A stretch of DNA of 63,592 nucleotides, counting the filler, from Octopus bimaculoides (lineage: Eukaryota): assembly GCF_001194135.2 (NCBI RefSeq). It is 5 parts of 5 records of this genome, joined end to end, with 100 filler letters (N's around TTAATTAATTAA, not from the genome) between each part and the next. Parts side by side here need not be neighbours in the genome. Positions count along the whole stretch, not along the records: positions 26,503 to 56,211 come from NC_069000.1; positions 56,312 to 61,499 come from NC_069008.1; positions 61,600 to 63,592 come from NW_026410772.1; 2 more parts are not named here. One strand, 5' to 3'. Positions 52,480 through 63,592 of the stretch are shown in pieces (the first letter of the stretch is position 1; every line of letters begins with the position of its first letter). The notes beneath the pieces were generated by a model. The model was not told the origin of the DNA, made no database searches, and worked only from the letters and a program-made list of their open reading frames with translations. The position numbers were made by a program, and so were the translations under genes.

Positions 52480-52480
<1 letters not shown>
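52268..52480. mobile_element. Penelope-like inverted terminal structure inserted in (TA)n
   Basis: 59-bp arms 52343-52401 and 52422-52480 are reverse complements (3 mismatches) around a 20-bp loop. The 5' part is shared with 36917-36990, and (TA)n lies on both flanks. Confidence 0.7.
52402..52455 (+). ncRNA. Minimal type I hammerhead ribozyme, U4C core variant
   Basis: Stem I ACUGU (52408-12) / ACAGU (52443-47); core CCGAUGA (52413-19); stem II ACG-GGAA-CGU; GAAA (52430-33); stem III CUC-A-GAG; GUA site (cleavage after 52442). Confidence 0.6.
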
Positions 52481-52566
<86 letters not shown>

Positions 52567-53265
52567 CATACATACAGACAGACAGACAGACAGACATACA
52601 TACATAAAGAGACACAAATGAAACACATGCGTAACCTGCTAGAAACATCAGTCCGATCCCGTCAAGTCGCATCCTGGTATCTTATAAAATGATGGACCAT
52701 ACCATGTAGTCCTAAATGGACGAAGAGGTGTGTTGGTCACGATTGGAAAGTCTAACTATGGATCTAAACGGTTAGCTTTAAACAAGAACAACAATAAAAA
52801 TACTCACACACCCTGTTACGTCAGCCCTAACTCAAACAGACATACACGCTACACTACACTACACGTACGCACACACACACGCGCACGCCATACAACCACA
52901 CCCTGGTACATCTTGCACGACTCAAACACACGGACAAACACTAGTAAGCTTACACTGTCACGTATTAACAAACACACACACACACACACACGGACACATA
53001 GACATAGACATCTCACATGATCTCACATGCGAGAGAGCATCTAAATGGTCATTCGACTTGCTAGAAATAGCAGCCAAATTCTCTCTTATCACACTGTAAC
53101 CTGACTACACTAGGTGGTGCTGAAAAGATCCTGGCTTTAACGGATGGAGGCCCAACCTTCCGAGTTCTTTTACAGGGTTTAGAGAAACTGAAGGACCGCT
53201 GTGTGAAATCTGAGGGGAATATGTATTTTCTTTTACCCAAAACTAGAAACTCTTGAGTATTCCTT

Positions 53266-53333
<68 letters not shown>

Positions 53334-53859
53334 AACAAAAAAATGAAGGTCTCATTACACAATGTACTTGATATACGAAATACTTCACGGATATACGGAA
53401 TACTTCACGGCTGTGACACTTTTCTTCATGCTGAATCGGGGCCGATCTGGGTTTAAACAGCAAACCAACACATTATATGTAGCAAACGTATTTCGCGAAA
53501 ATATGAAAATATACAGACATAAGAGTGTAACGTGCAGGCGCACATTACACACACGCGTAACACACGCGCAGTCACAGTTATGTAACGACACAATACTAGT
53601 AGCAACCGAGCCAACGGAGGAACCGATCCGCTCGAAATAACAGCCAGATTTCGCGCGATCCACAGGAAATAAGAGCCAGGTTTCTTCCCCTCAAATCGTA
53701 TCAAGCTGAAAAAGATAGGACAGGACAGGACTCATTCGATGACCTATTCTTAAAAAACCTTGAAAAGACGGGATGGTCCTGATTGGAACGCTGGCTTAAC
53801 AACATTATGCACAGACATATCTAAGACGGATTATCGCTCTCACGCACACACATCCATTC

Positions 53860-54450
53860 TCACACTCACTCACTCTCAATTCACTCACATAACTTCTCTT
53901 TCACTCACTCGCTCACTCACTCACTTTATGTTCTCCATATCTCCCTCTCTCCCTCTCTCTCTCAATCTTCTTTATCTCTCTATCATTCTCACAGCTTTCT
54001 CTACATATCTCTCTTTCCCACCCTCACTCTACTCTCTCTATCTCTCTCTCTCTCTCGTCCTTCTCGGTCTATTTTAACAGCCTGTCCCTCTCTGTTTGTC
54101 TGTATGGCTGTCTCTGTCTTTCTCTCTTTCTCTCACTCTTTCTGTCTGTCTCTGCTTCCCCCTCCTTAGCGTTATTCCTTTCTTTTCCTTGGCCTTATTC
54201 CTTCTCTGTCTCTAAACCATTACTTCTCCTCTCCTCACTCTACCCCTCCTTGTCCTTTTTTCACTTCCTCCCCTTCCTCCCCTTCCTCTCGCCTTCTCAC
54301 TCCCCTTCAATCTGCTGATTTTATACCACTTCTCTGTTTCTATATAATTTTTCTCCCTCTCTCTTCCACCCCTATCTTTTGTTACTCTTTGTCCAGTCTA
54401 TCCCCCTCTCTCTCTTCCTCCCTATCTTCTGCGTTCTCTTCTTATGTGTT

Positions 54451-54482
<32 letters not shown>

Positions 54483-54611
54483 CAAAGAGAGAGTGAGTGA
54501 GAAAGAGAGAGTAAGTGAGAAAGAGAGAGAGATTTCGGTCGACTTTTGTGTGTATATGTGTATGTCTCTACCTTTCCCTCTCTCACTCCCTTTCTCTTTC
54601 TCTCTGTAAGT

Positions 54612-54653
<42 letters not shown>

Positions 54654-54867
54654 ACACACACACATACACATACAACACACACATAATCACTCCGTTTCTC
54701 ACTTCTTCAGTCTACCCCTCCCTCCCCGCTATTATATAATTTCCTCTCTCTCTCTTTCAATCTATTCTGTCTTTCTCTTTCTCTTTATTACTACCCCTCT
54801 TTCTTACTTAGTCTACGTTACTGATTCACTAAGATTTTTTTTTCTTTCTCCCTCTCTGCCCATTCCC

Positions 54868-54908
<41 letters not shown>

Positions 54909-55138
54909 GTAACTCTTCCCACTCCCCTTTAGTCCACCTTATATCTGTCATTATATCATTTTACCCCTCTCTCAGTCTACTCTATATCACCATCTCTCTC
55001 TCTCCCTCTCTCAGTTACATTACTTCTATATGATCTCATTTCTCCGTCTACCTCTTCTCTTCCTCGTATACTCTATCTCTTTTTCTATCTCAAGTCGCTC
55101 TCTATATATAGACACACACTCACACACACTCACACACA

Positions 55139-55175
<37 letters not shown>

Positions 55176-56211
55176 CCTTCTCCTCTCTGAGTGAACGTGG
55201 GAACCTCTTTACTACATTCACTCGACCTGTTAGTAATAGCAGCTTAATTCCTCTCATATCATCTTAGTCTTAAAAGAAGGGATAGCTATTGTGCAATATA
55301 GCCTCTGACGTGATATAGTAAAACAATTGGAGCAATTTTGATCATAGGTCCGCTTGGTCAATGCTTGACCTGGGGTTAAACACCGTCGCCGTCTCTACAT
55401 AATTACCTCTTTCACTCTCCTCCTTCTCACTCTATTCTACCTCTCTATCTTATTTCATCGAACCTCTTTCTTAGTCTACACTACACCCCCTCTCACTCTC
55501 TTTCTCTCTCTCTCTCAGTCTATCAAACTTCTCTCAATGAATTCACCTCCCCTTCTATTTATACACAATTTTCTATTCTTTCTCTTGCTTCTGATTGCCT
55601 CTCTCCTCTTTCTCTCTGCCTATCTCTCTCTTTATCTCTATCAATCTACTCCTTGCATAATTGTCCCTCTTTGTCGAATCATTCTTTCAATCGTTTTCTT
55701 TCTATTTTGCTCCCTCTCTTTCTATGACTCTCTCTTCGCTCCTTATATTTTACTCCCTTTCTTTCTCCATTTCTTTTCTGCATTTCAGCCTCTTTCTCCT
55801 TCAATTCCCTCTTATTCGATCTGTCTATTTATTTCTCCCGATCAGTTTCCTCCCTACCTCCCTGCTTGTATATATTATGTTCTCCCACTCTACTTTTCTC
55901 TTTCTTTCTTTTTCTGTCTCTCTCTCTCTTTCATCCTCTTACTCTACCTCTCTTCCTATCTCTGTTTCAACACATCCACATATATTATATACATATATAT
56001 ATACATACACACATACATATAAATATACACACACATATACCTATGCATGTCTAAACTGGGCTCTCTCTTTCTACCTGCCTCCCCTCTCTCTTTCTCCCTG
56101 CCTCCCCTCTCTCTCTTTCTTTATCCCTACCTCCCCTCTCTCTTTCTCCCTGCCTCCCCTCTCTCTCTTTCTTTCTCCCTACCTCCCTCTCTCTTTCTCC
56201 CTGCCTCCCCT
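53860..56211. repeat. Long polypyrimidine (CT-rich) low-complexity tract with a terminal CCTCCC-(CT)n minisatellite
   Basis: Read directly. Repeated CCTGCCTCCCCTCTCTCTCTTTCT units at about 56060-56211. Confidence 0.85.
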
Positions 56212-56311
56212 NNNNNNNNNNNNNNNNNNNNNNNNNNNNNNNNNNNNNNNNNNNNTTAATTAATTAANNNNNNNNNNNNNNNNNNNNNNNNNNNNNNNNN
56301 NNNNNNNNNNN

Positions 56312-56576
56312 GGCAGGGGATGGTGACGAACCCTGTTCTACTCTTCCACCACGACTTTCTCTCACTCTTACTTCCTGTTTCTGTTGTGCCTGTAATTCAA
56401 AGGGTCAGCCTTGTCACACTGTGTGTCACGCTGAATATCCCCCGAGAACTACGTTAAGGGTACACGTGTCTGTGGAGTGCTCAGCCACTTGCACGTTAAT
56501 TTCACGAGCAGGCTGTTCCGTTGATCGGATCAACTGGAACCCTCGACTTCGTAACCGACGGAGTGCCAACAACAAC
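56312..56576 (+). mobile_element. Family-3 SINE 3' body
   Basis: Reverse complement of 8245-8480, ending GAGTGCCAACAACAAC. Confidence 0.85.
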
Positions 56577-58388
56577 ATGTATGTATGTCTTTGTTCAGTT
56601 TTTATTTCAAGATTTCATGCCAATAGAGAAAGTGCCGGTTTCTAACCTAGACTCAAGGCTCATTCATTGAAATTTATAGACAACTAGCAGGAACTATGGA
56701 CAATTTATTATACCTTTATTGGTTAATTCAATATAAAACTCTGTCCAGACACGATCTGGACAATTCACGGTCTAACGAACAAAATAAGCGATACCCATAA
56801 AAAAACAGGAAACGCTTGAGCTGGAAGACTTTTACATTCAACTCTTTATCAGTTTTTCCTACACAGTCTCAGCGTGCGTCTCATTCCGGTCCCCCATTAA
56901 TACTAATGGCAGAGAGATTCCCAGAAACGACACTAGACAATTGAAAAATCAAGCCTTCCAACTCCATTTGAGACTTAACAACCATTAGTCCGAAAAAATT
57001 ACCAACTACTCAATTATTTATGTCTTGGATAATCTCGCTAAGGGTACAGAAAGGACAGTTTACACCTGGATCCATACTTTTCAAAACAGATCTGTTACGC
57101 CATTCGACTGAATGGCCAGCAGAAAGAGTCGCAGACCTCGTAAAAAGCCAGGAGTGCAGGCGAGTGTGTCTCAGAAAATAAAGTCTCGCAGATGGCGACT
57201 ACATCTAAATTTAGTGACCCTTTGAGACCGTTTAGAGAGTGTCCCTGCCCACACGTTGATCGCAGACATGAAATTGCAACACGTTGATTCGCGAAGTATC
57301 GGGGGAGAAAAAAAGTTTGTTTTAGGTTTTAAGATTCTAGTCGTTGAGAACGGTTAGCGCGAGGAAAGTTCCATGAGATCGATAAATACTTTCGATTTCG
57401 GGTCCTTCTTAAAATACTCTCCGCCTTACCGCCACACCACGTTATGTCGGACCCCGTCCCAGAGTTCTGGGGGAGATTCCTGCCACCGTTTGTATGGCAG
57501 TTCTATCTGTTCTTCTCATTGAGAGGAAGAATTCACTTATTTTTGCGTTTGTGTCTGCGAGTGAACGGCATCAAATTCTATGTTCCTTCCGTTGTTGTTG
57601 CTGCTGTTGTTGTCACTTGTTGCTCTTTCACAATGGCTGTTGTTATAGTCAGATATTTTGTGTAGGAATAACCAGCCTCCCCCTCTTCCTCCCCCTCCTC
57701 CCTCTGCTCCTCCTTCCCCTCTCCACCTCCATTTCTTCTCCTCTTGTTGTTGTTGCTGTTGTTGTTCTTCTTCTCCTTCTTCTTCTTCTTCTCCTTCTTC
57801 TTCTCCTCCTTCTTCCTCCTCCGCCTCCTCATCCACCACCACCTGATTCTTCTTCTGCTCTGGCAGTCAACAGATGCCAAATGTCAGGCTATGTTGGTCA
57901 CGGTTGGACGGTTCCATTATTTGTTTTTGATATGGTTGATACGTCACTTGGCCGGTCTCTAAAATTTGCATGTTTGTCCGTGTGTCCTATAATTTCTGCC
58001 AGTTGGGGCACTGGAGGAGAGGGCGTGCTTGGAGCGGAGGAGAGGAGGTGATCACGTGATGTGTTCTACAGAAACAGTTGAGATTCTGACTATGACAGGC
58101 AGTGTGTGTGTGCGTGAGTGTGTATGTGTGAGTGTGTGTGCGTGAGTGTGTATGGGTGTGTGTGTATGTGTGAGTGTGTACGAGTGTGTATATGCATGTG
58201 CATCCATGCACTTATCGGTCTATGCTTGTAGGCGTGCATGTATGTATGTATGTATGTAGATATGTTATCTGTACGTGTGTGTCTGTTTTGTGTATATGCA
58301 TTTATGTGTGCGTATGTGTCAGCATGTATGTATATATGTATGCGATCGTTTATGTGTGTGTGTAAGTATATAAGCATCAATTGATATT

Positions 58389-58430
<42 letters not shown>

Positions 58431-58600
58431 GGGGAGCGCCAGGAATTGTATGGAAACGTTTGCGTGCATAGATATATATGTGTGCAGAAGTATATGCGTA
58501 CGGATGTACATTCAGATAAGCAAACCGTGTATATTTTCTCAATATATATGTATGCCTCTATATGTAAATGAATAAATATACATATGTAAATATATCTATA

Positions 58601-58641
<41 letters not shown>

Positions 58642-59107
58642 CATGTACTTTTCTGGGTTAACTTACAGGAATAAATGTTTTGTTTAAGATATATGAGTGT
58701 GAGAATGCGTGTGTGCATGTGTGTACATACACACACACACACACGGACATGTATGTATATACAAGTAATTTCGTATACATGTAGGATACAAGATTGTAAA
58801 AATGCCCATGTGCGTATCTACACACAGCTGTCCATCTATAAATCTATATGTACAAAACAATATATATACACGATTAGTCACACATATTCATGTAAATATG
58901 AAGTCATGCACACATACAAACATATATGCAAACATAATGCTAATATGCATATACGATTACACACACACACACACACAAGCATACATACAGAGATAAAAAC
59001 ACACATTCGCAAATACATACAAACATGCATACACATACAAGCTTACAAACATATATATATATATATATAAACATATATATAAACATTTATATATATATAT
59101 ATATATG

Positions 59108-59139
<32 letters not shown>

Positions 59140-61451
59140 NNNNNNNNNNNNNNNNNNNNNNNNNNNNNNNNNNNNNNNNNNNNNNNNNNNNNNNNNNNNN
59201 NNNNNNNNNNNNNNNNNNNNNNNNNNNNNNNNNNNNNNNNNNNNNNNNNNNNNNNNNNNNNNNNNNNNNNNNNNNNNNNNNNNNNNNNNNNNNNNNNNNN
59301 NNNNNNNNNNNNNNNNNNNNNNNNNNNNNNNNNNNNNNNNNNNNNNNNNNNNNNNNNNNNNNNNNNNNNNNNNNNNNNNNNNNNNNNNNNNNNNNNNNNN
59401 NNNNNNNNNNNNNNNNNNNNNNNNNNNNNNNNNNNNNNNNNNNNNNNNNNNNNNNNNNNNNNNNNNNNNNNNNNNNNNNNNNNNNNNNNNNNNNNNNNNN
59501 NNNNNNNNNNNNNNNNNNNNNNNNNNNNNNNNNNNNNNNNNNNNNNNNNNNNNNNNNNNNNNNNNNNNNNNNNNNNNNNNNNNNNNNNNNNNNNNNNNNN
59601 NNNNNNNNNNNNNNNNNNNNNNNNNNNNNNNNNNNNNNNNNNNNNNNNNNNNNNNNNNNNNNNNNNNNNNNNNNNNNNNNNNNNNNNNNNNNNNNNNNNN
59701 NNNNNNNNNNNNNNNNNNNNNNNNNNNNNNNNNNNNNNNNNNNNNNNNNNNNNNNNNNNNNNNNNNNNNNNNNNNNNNNNNNNNNNNNNNNNNNNNNNNN
59801 NNNNNNNNNNNNNNNNNNNNNNNNNNNNNNNNNNNNNNNNNNNNNNNNNNNNNNNNNNNNNNNNNNNNNNNNNNNNNNNNNNNNNNNNNNNNNNNNNNNN
59901 NNNNNNNNNNNNNNNNNNNNNNNNNNNNNNNNNNNNNNNNNNNNNNNNNNNNNNNNNNNNNNNNNNNNNNNNNNNNNNNNNNNNNNNNNNNNNNNNNNNN
60001 NNNNNNNNNNNNNNNNNNNNNNNNNNNNNNNNNNNNNNNNNNNNNNNNNNNNNNNNNNNNNNNNNNNNNNNNNNATATATATATATATATATATATATAG
60101 ACATACACATACATAAATACATATATACAAACATACAAAGAAGCACACATAAATACATACATATCTCTCCATCCATCCATCCATCCGCCCTTCCAGTCAG
60201 CAAACCAGCCAACCATACAAATCTATGCATCACATGTTGAATAACAGCAGTCAAGTTGAATTTAATAAAACTGGCATCCGTCTGGTCAAACAGTAAGCCA
60301 CGCCACTACAGAATATATAATTTAATAAACTCTACCTCCAGCCGAACAGAGCGGAAAAGAGAAAAAAAAAAGATATAAAAAGAAGTACAGATCAGCCAGT
60401 ATTGAAGTGATTGCTTAAATAAATATTTTATAGAACAATGACGATAGCTGAACGATCGAAACGTTTATATTGTTAGTTTTGTTTCGTTACATTTGCAAAT
60501 TACGAAATGAAAATTATATAGAAATTTTCTTTTATATTTTTTTTTTATGCATATAGCCTCGTTCATCACTGATTCATTCAATACTGATCCGGGATAACAT
60601 GATACGTTCAGTTGTGAACTATGATATGCTTATCGCGGATCGATCTATGATAACGCGGCTCGGCGATCAGTTGAAGCTTCGGTTTAGAATACAGAAAGCG
60701 TGACACAGCGACTACCCACAATGCTCTGCTACCCCACAATGCACTGATTATCCCTTGTGTTTGCATCACAGTGTGGCGAGACTGCGTGTTGTATATGGGT
60801 TTATATACTTGTACACATCAACACGGGACCAGTGGACAGAGGACATACGCAGGCGCCTGGTTATAACATTTGCTAAACCGCTAGTTTCAGGTACATAAAC
60901 ACACCAGCATCGGTTGTCAAGCGATGATGGTGGTGGTGGTGGTGGAACAAACACAGACTCAAAGAGACACACACACACACACACACACGTACGCATATAT
61001 ATTATGTATATCTACATACAAATATACTTTTGTTGAGGTAGGGCAGAGGGAGGGCTCCGTATGCTTGCAAACGGAATGGGCGGAGAGTCGATACGGCATT
61101 TGAGGGGTGGGCGGGTGTTCGTTTATAAAGTTTCTCCCTGAGAAGGTCATTAAACAACTTCTGCAACACATGGTTCCATATTTTAATTAAACAACACAGT
61201 TTTTTCCGTATTGTTTACCTGTTTTATTCTCTTATTCTTGGATTCTCTATTTATTTATTCATTTATTCCAGTTGTTTGAGTTTTTAGTTTTTTTTTTAAT
61301 AGATATCACAGCAATTTCCTGATTATTTGGTGCGTGTGTATATATACATATGCAAATGAATATGTTGGCATGTATATGTATATATACATGTGTGTGTGTG
61401 TGTTTATGGAAATAAAGATGTGTTTATATAAATATATATATATAAATATAA

Positions 61452-61499
<48 letters not shown>

Positions 61500-61799
61500 N
61501 NNNNNNNNNNNNNNNNNNNNNNNNNNNNNNNNNNNNNNNNNNNTTAATTAATTAANNNNNNNNNNNNNNNNNNNNNNNNNNNNNNNNNNNNNNNNNNNNA
61601 TATAATATAAACATGTATATGTATGTATGTGTGCGTGCGTGTATATATGAATGTATGCATACATGTATTTATGTATAGCAAAACAATATCACATTTATCT
61701 GTATCTTTATTATCACAACATTAATATAAATCCCAGAAAACAAACATAATTTAAATCTAGCACTTCTGCATAGGAATGCTTTATCTCCGCAAGAATCGT

Positions 61800-62160
61800 A
61801 TTTGAAGTAGGTGTTTCAATAATTGTCGTTTCTTTTCTTTACAGAACAATTCCTTGTGAACTTTGAGGAATGGATCTTTATGCCAAATGTATTCTTGATG
61901 CTATTATTTCCTTTTTATTTTATCAATATTTTCATCTTTTTTATATTATTTTTATGTTCCATTGAATGTTCTATTTTCTATTGTAAATTTTGTATCCAAT
62001 ATAAACTTATCGTTCTATATATTTTCTATTGCGAAACATTTTCTTTTTTTTTATTGAAGCAGCTTTTATACATAGTTGCGAGTTTGTCGCTTTTTCTATT
62101 TACTTTCATTCTTCTCGTAAAATCAACTCCTACGTTCAGGATAAATCCCCGGTTCACCTA
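61800..62160 (-). mobile_element. Possible Penelope GIY-YIG endonuclease remnant
   Basis: Minus strand VYIG (62006-61995), then after a frameshift EHKNNIKK (61959-61936). Fits the YIG...R..EH pattern, but heavily degraded. Confidence 0.4.
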
Positions 62161-62252
62161 AAAATACCATAACGTAATTCACAGATATTCACATAAAATA
62201 ATACACAAATTCCACACAAGCGTGCACACGCGTTCGCGAGTATCCATGTGTG

Positions 62253-62298
<46 letters not shown>

Positions 62299-62957
62299 CC
62301 TATCTATCTATTATGAGAATTGATATTGCCGAAATATTGTTCCATAGATTGCGACACATTGCACAACTTTCATTAGACTACATCCCTTTTATCTTGCTGA
62401 GATTTGAAATATACTATAAATGTTATATACATGATATATACGACTTATATACATATTGGTGAACAACGTGACATTCGAAATATATCTTCTACAAGTTTTA
62501 ATATTTAATGTTATAAAATTAAATTGTACGTGCCACNNNNNNNNNNNNNNNNNNNNNNNNNNNNNNNNNNNNNNNNNNNNNNNNNNNNNNNNNNNNNNNN
62601 NNNNNNNNNNNNNNNNNNNNNNNNNNNNNNNNNNNNNNNNNNNNNNNNNNNNNNNNNNNNNNNNNNNNNNNNNNNNNNNNNNNNNNNNNNNNNNNNNNNN
62701 NNNNNNNNNNNNNNNNNNNNNNNNNNNNNNNNNNNNNNNNNNNNNNNNNNNNNNNNNNNNNNNNNNNNNNNNNNNNNNNNNNNNNNNNNNNNNNNNNNNN
62801 NNNNNNNNNNNNNNNNNNNNNNNNNNNNNNNNNNNNNNNNNNNNNNNNNNNNNNNNNNNNNNNNNNNNNNNNNNNNNNNNNNNNNNNNNNNNNNNNNNNN
62901 NNNNNNNNNNNNNNNNNNNNNNNNNNNNNNNNNNNNNNNNNNNNNNNNNNNNNNNNG

Positions 62958-63592
62958 GTTAGGTGCCCGCGCTGACGTATTGTTTGCGAGAGATGTAGAC
63001 GTCACTTTAAATGCACAAGTCCTTATAGTCAAGCAAGACTACAAAACAATACTAATTCTCTTGCCTGTTGAAGAAATCAAAATTCACCATCCACAACAGG
63101 CAGTCCAGTCACTAAAAATTAGCAGTAAACGTGATTTAAAGGCTCTGCATCTCAAATCCTCAAACACGAATAACAGAAATTGTAACAAATCATAGAAGTT
63201 GATGCATCTAAGAAAAATTACCCTGCCCTCACTACCAGGTTCTAAAACACATGTACCAGATTTCTCAGTCTCAGCTTGCCGAGAATGTTCTGCAACAACA
63301 ACGATAAGGGATACTAGGAAATCTCCCAGGAGCATCTATCTTCAGCAGCATTAGCTCACAGATTTATGAGAGTGGGAAACATACTGGTGCAACATCAGAG
63401 ATACAGACCTACTTAAAACTTTAAGCAAACTCAAAGATAGATATAGATAATGACTATTACAATGTGCTTGGTCCAAAAATACACTCGTGAAGAGGAGTAT
63501 GTCTCCTGTAAAAGGAAGTTTATGTCTGGTGAAGCTGAATCTATGTCTCGCTAACAGAAATGTCTCCACACAATCTATAGAATAAACCAAGA
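62958..63592 (+). mobile_element. Possible degenerate R4/Dong-type LINE fragment
   Basis: PALTYCL...KQDYKTILILL...IHHPQQAVQSLKISSKR resembles PVLTYS..W..LDRKTRKLL...HHPKADVERLYLPR. Many stops. Confidence 0.4.

Noticed and set aside
53560-53830. CpG-containing promoter-like stretch with reverse CCAAT
   Set aside because: Much of it matches a degenerate repeat tail seen at 45440-45610, 48320-48460 and 53040-53100, and no linked exon could be shown.
60557-60703. 48-codon plus-strand ORF after a good acceptor (PRSSLIHSILIRDNM...IQKA*)
   Set aside because: No recognisable homology and no phase-consistent upstream partner with support. An ORF of this length can occur by chance.

Overview
Draft-assembly window from a repeat-rich, AT-rich animal genome with many N gaps. 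The SINE, LINE and microsatellite content looks like an octopod cephalopod (Octopus-like); this is inferred from repeat content only. Best-supported gene: six phase-consistent GT-AG exons on + (5326-12474) that splice into 214 aa of a divergent plakin-family domain (spectrin repeats plus SH3). The gene's start and continuation are not visible, and a scaffold join follows exon 6. A possible convergent minus-strand gene ends at about 25.9 kb with a long transposon-free tail that looks like a 3' UTR. The rest is mostly transposon debris: several tRNA-derived SINE families (about 13 copies stacked at 28.3-32.3 kb), a 5'-truncated RTE LINE, R4/Dong-type LINE fragments, Penelope-like remnants, a Helitron helicase remnant, a mariner remnant, MITEs and a probable solo LTR. 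The most unusual signals are type I hammerhead-ribozyme-like motifs: one inside an inverted-repeat element at 52.3-52.5 kb, and one inside a 330-bp terminally redundant, retrozyme-like unit at 0.35-0.8 kb. Nearly all supplied six-frame ORFs are microsatellite or N-gap artefacts. All protein-family calls come from manual translation and motif recognition; no database search was run.
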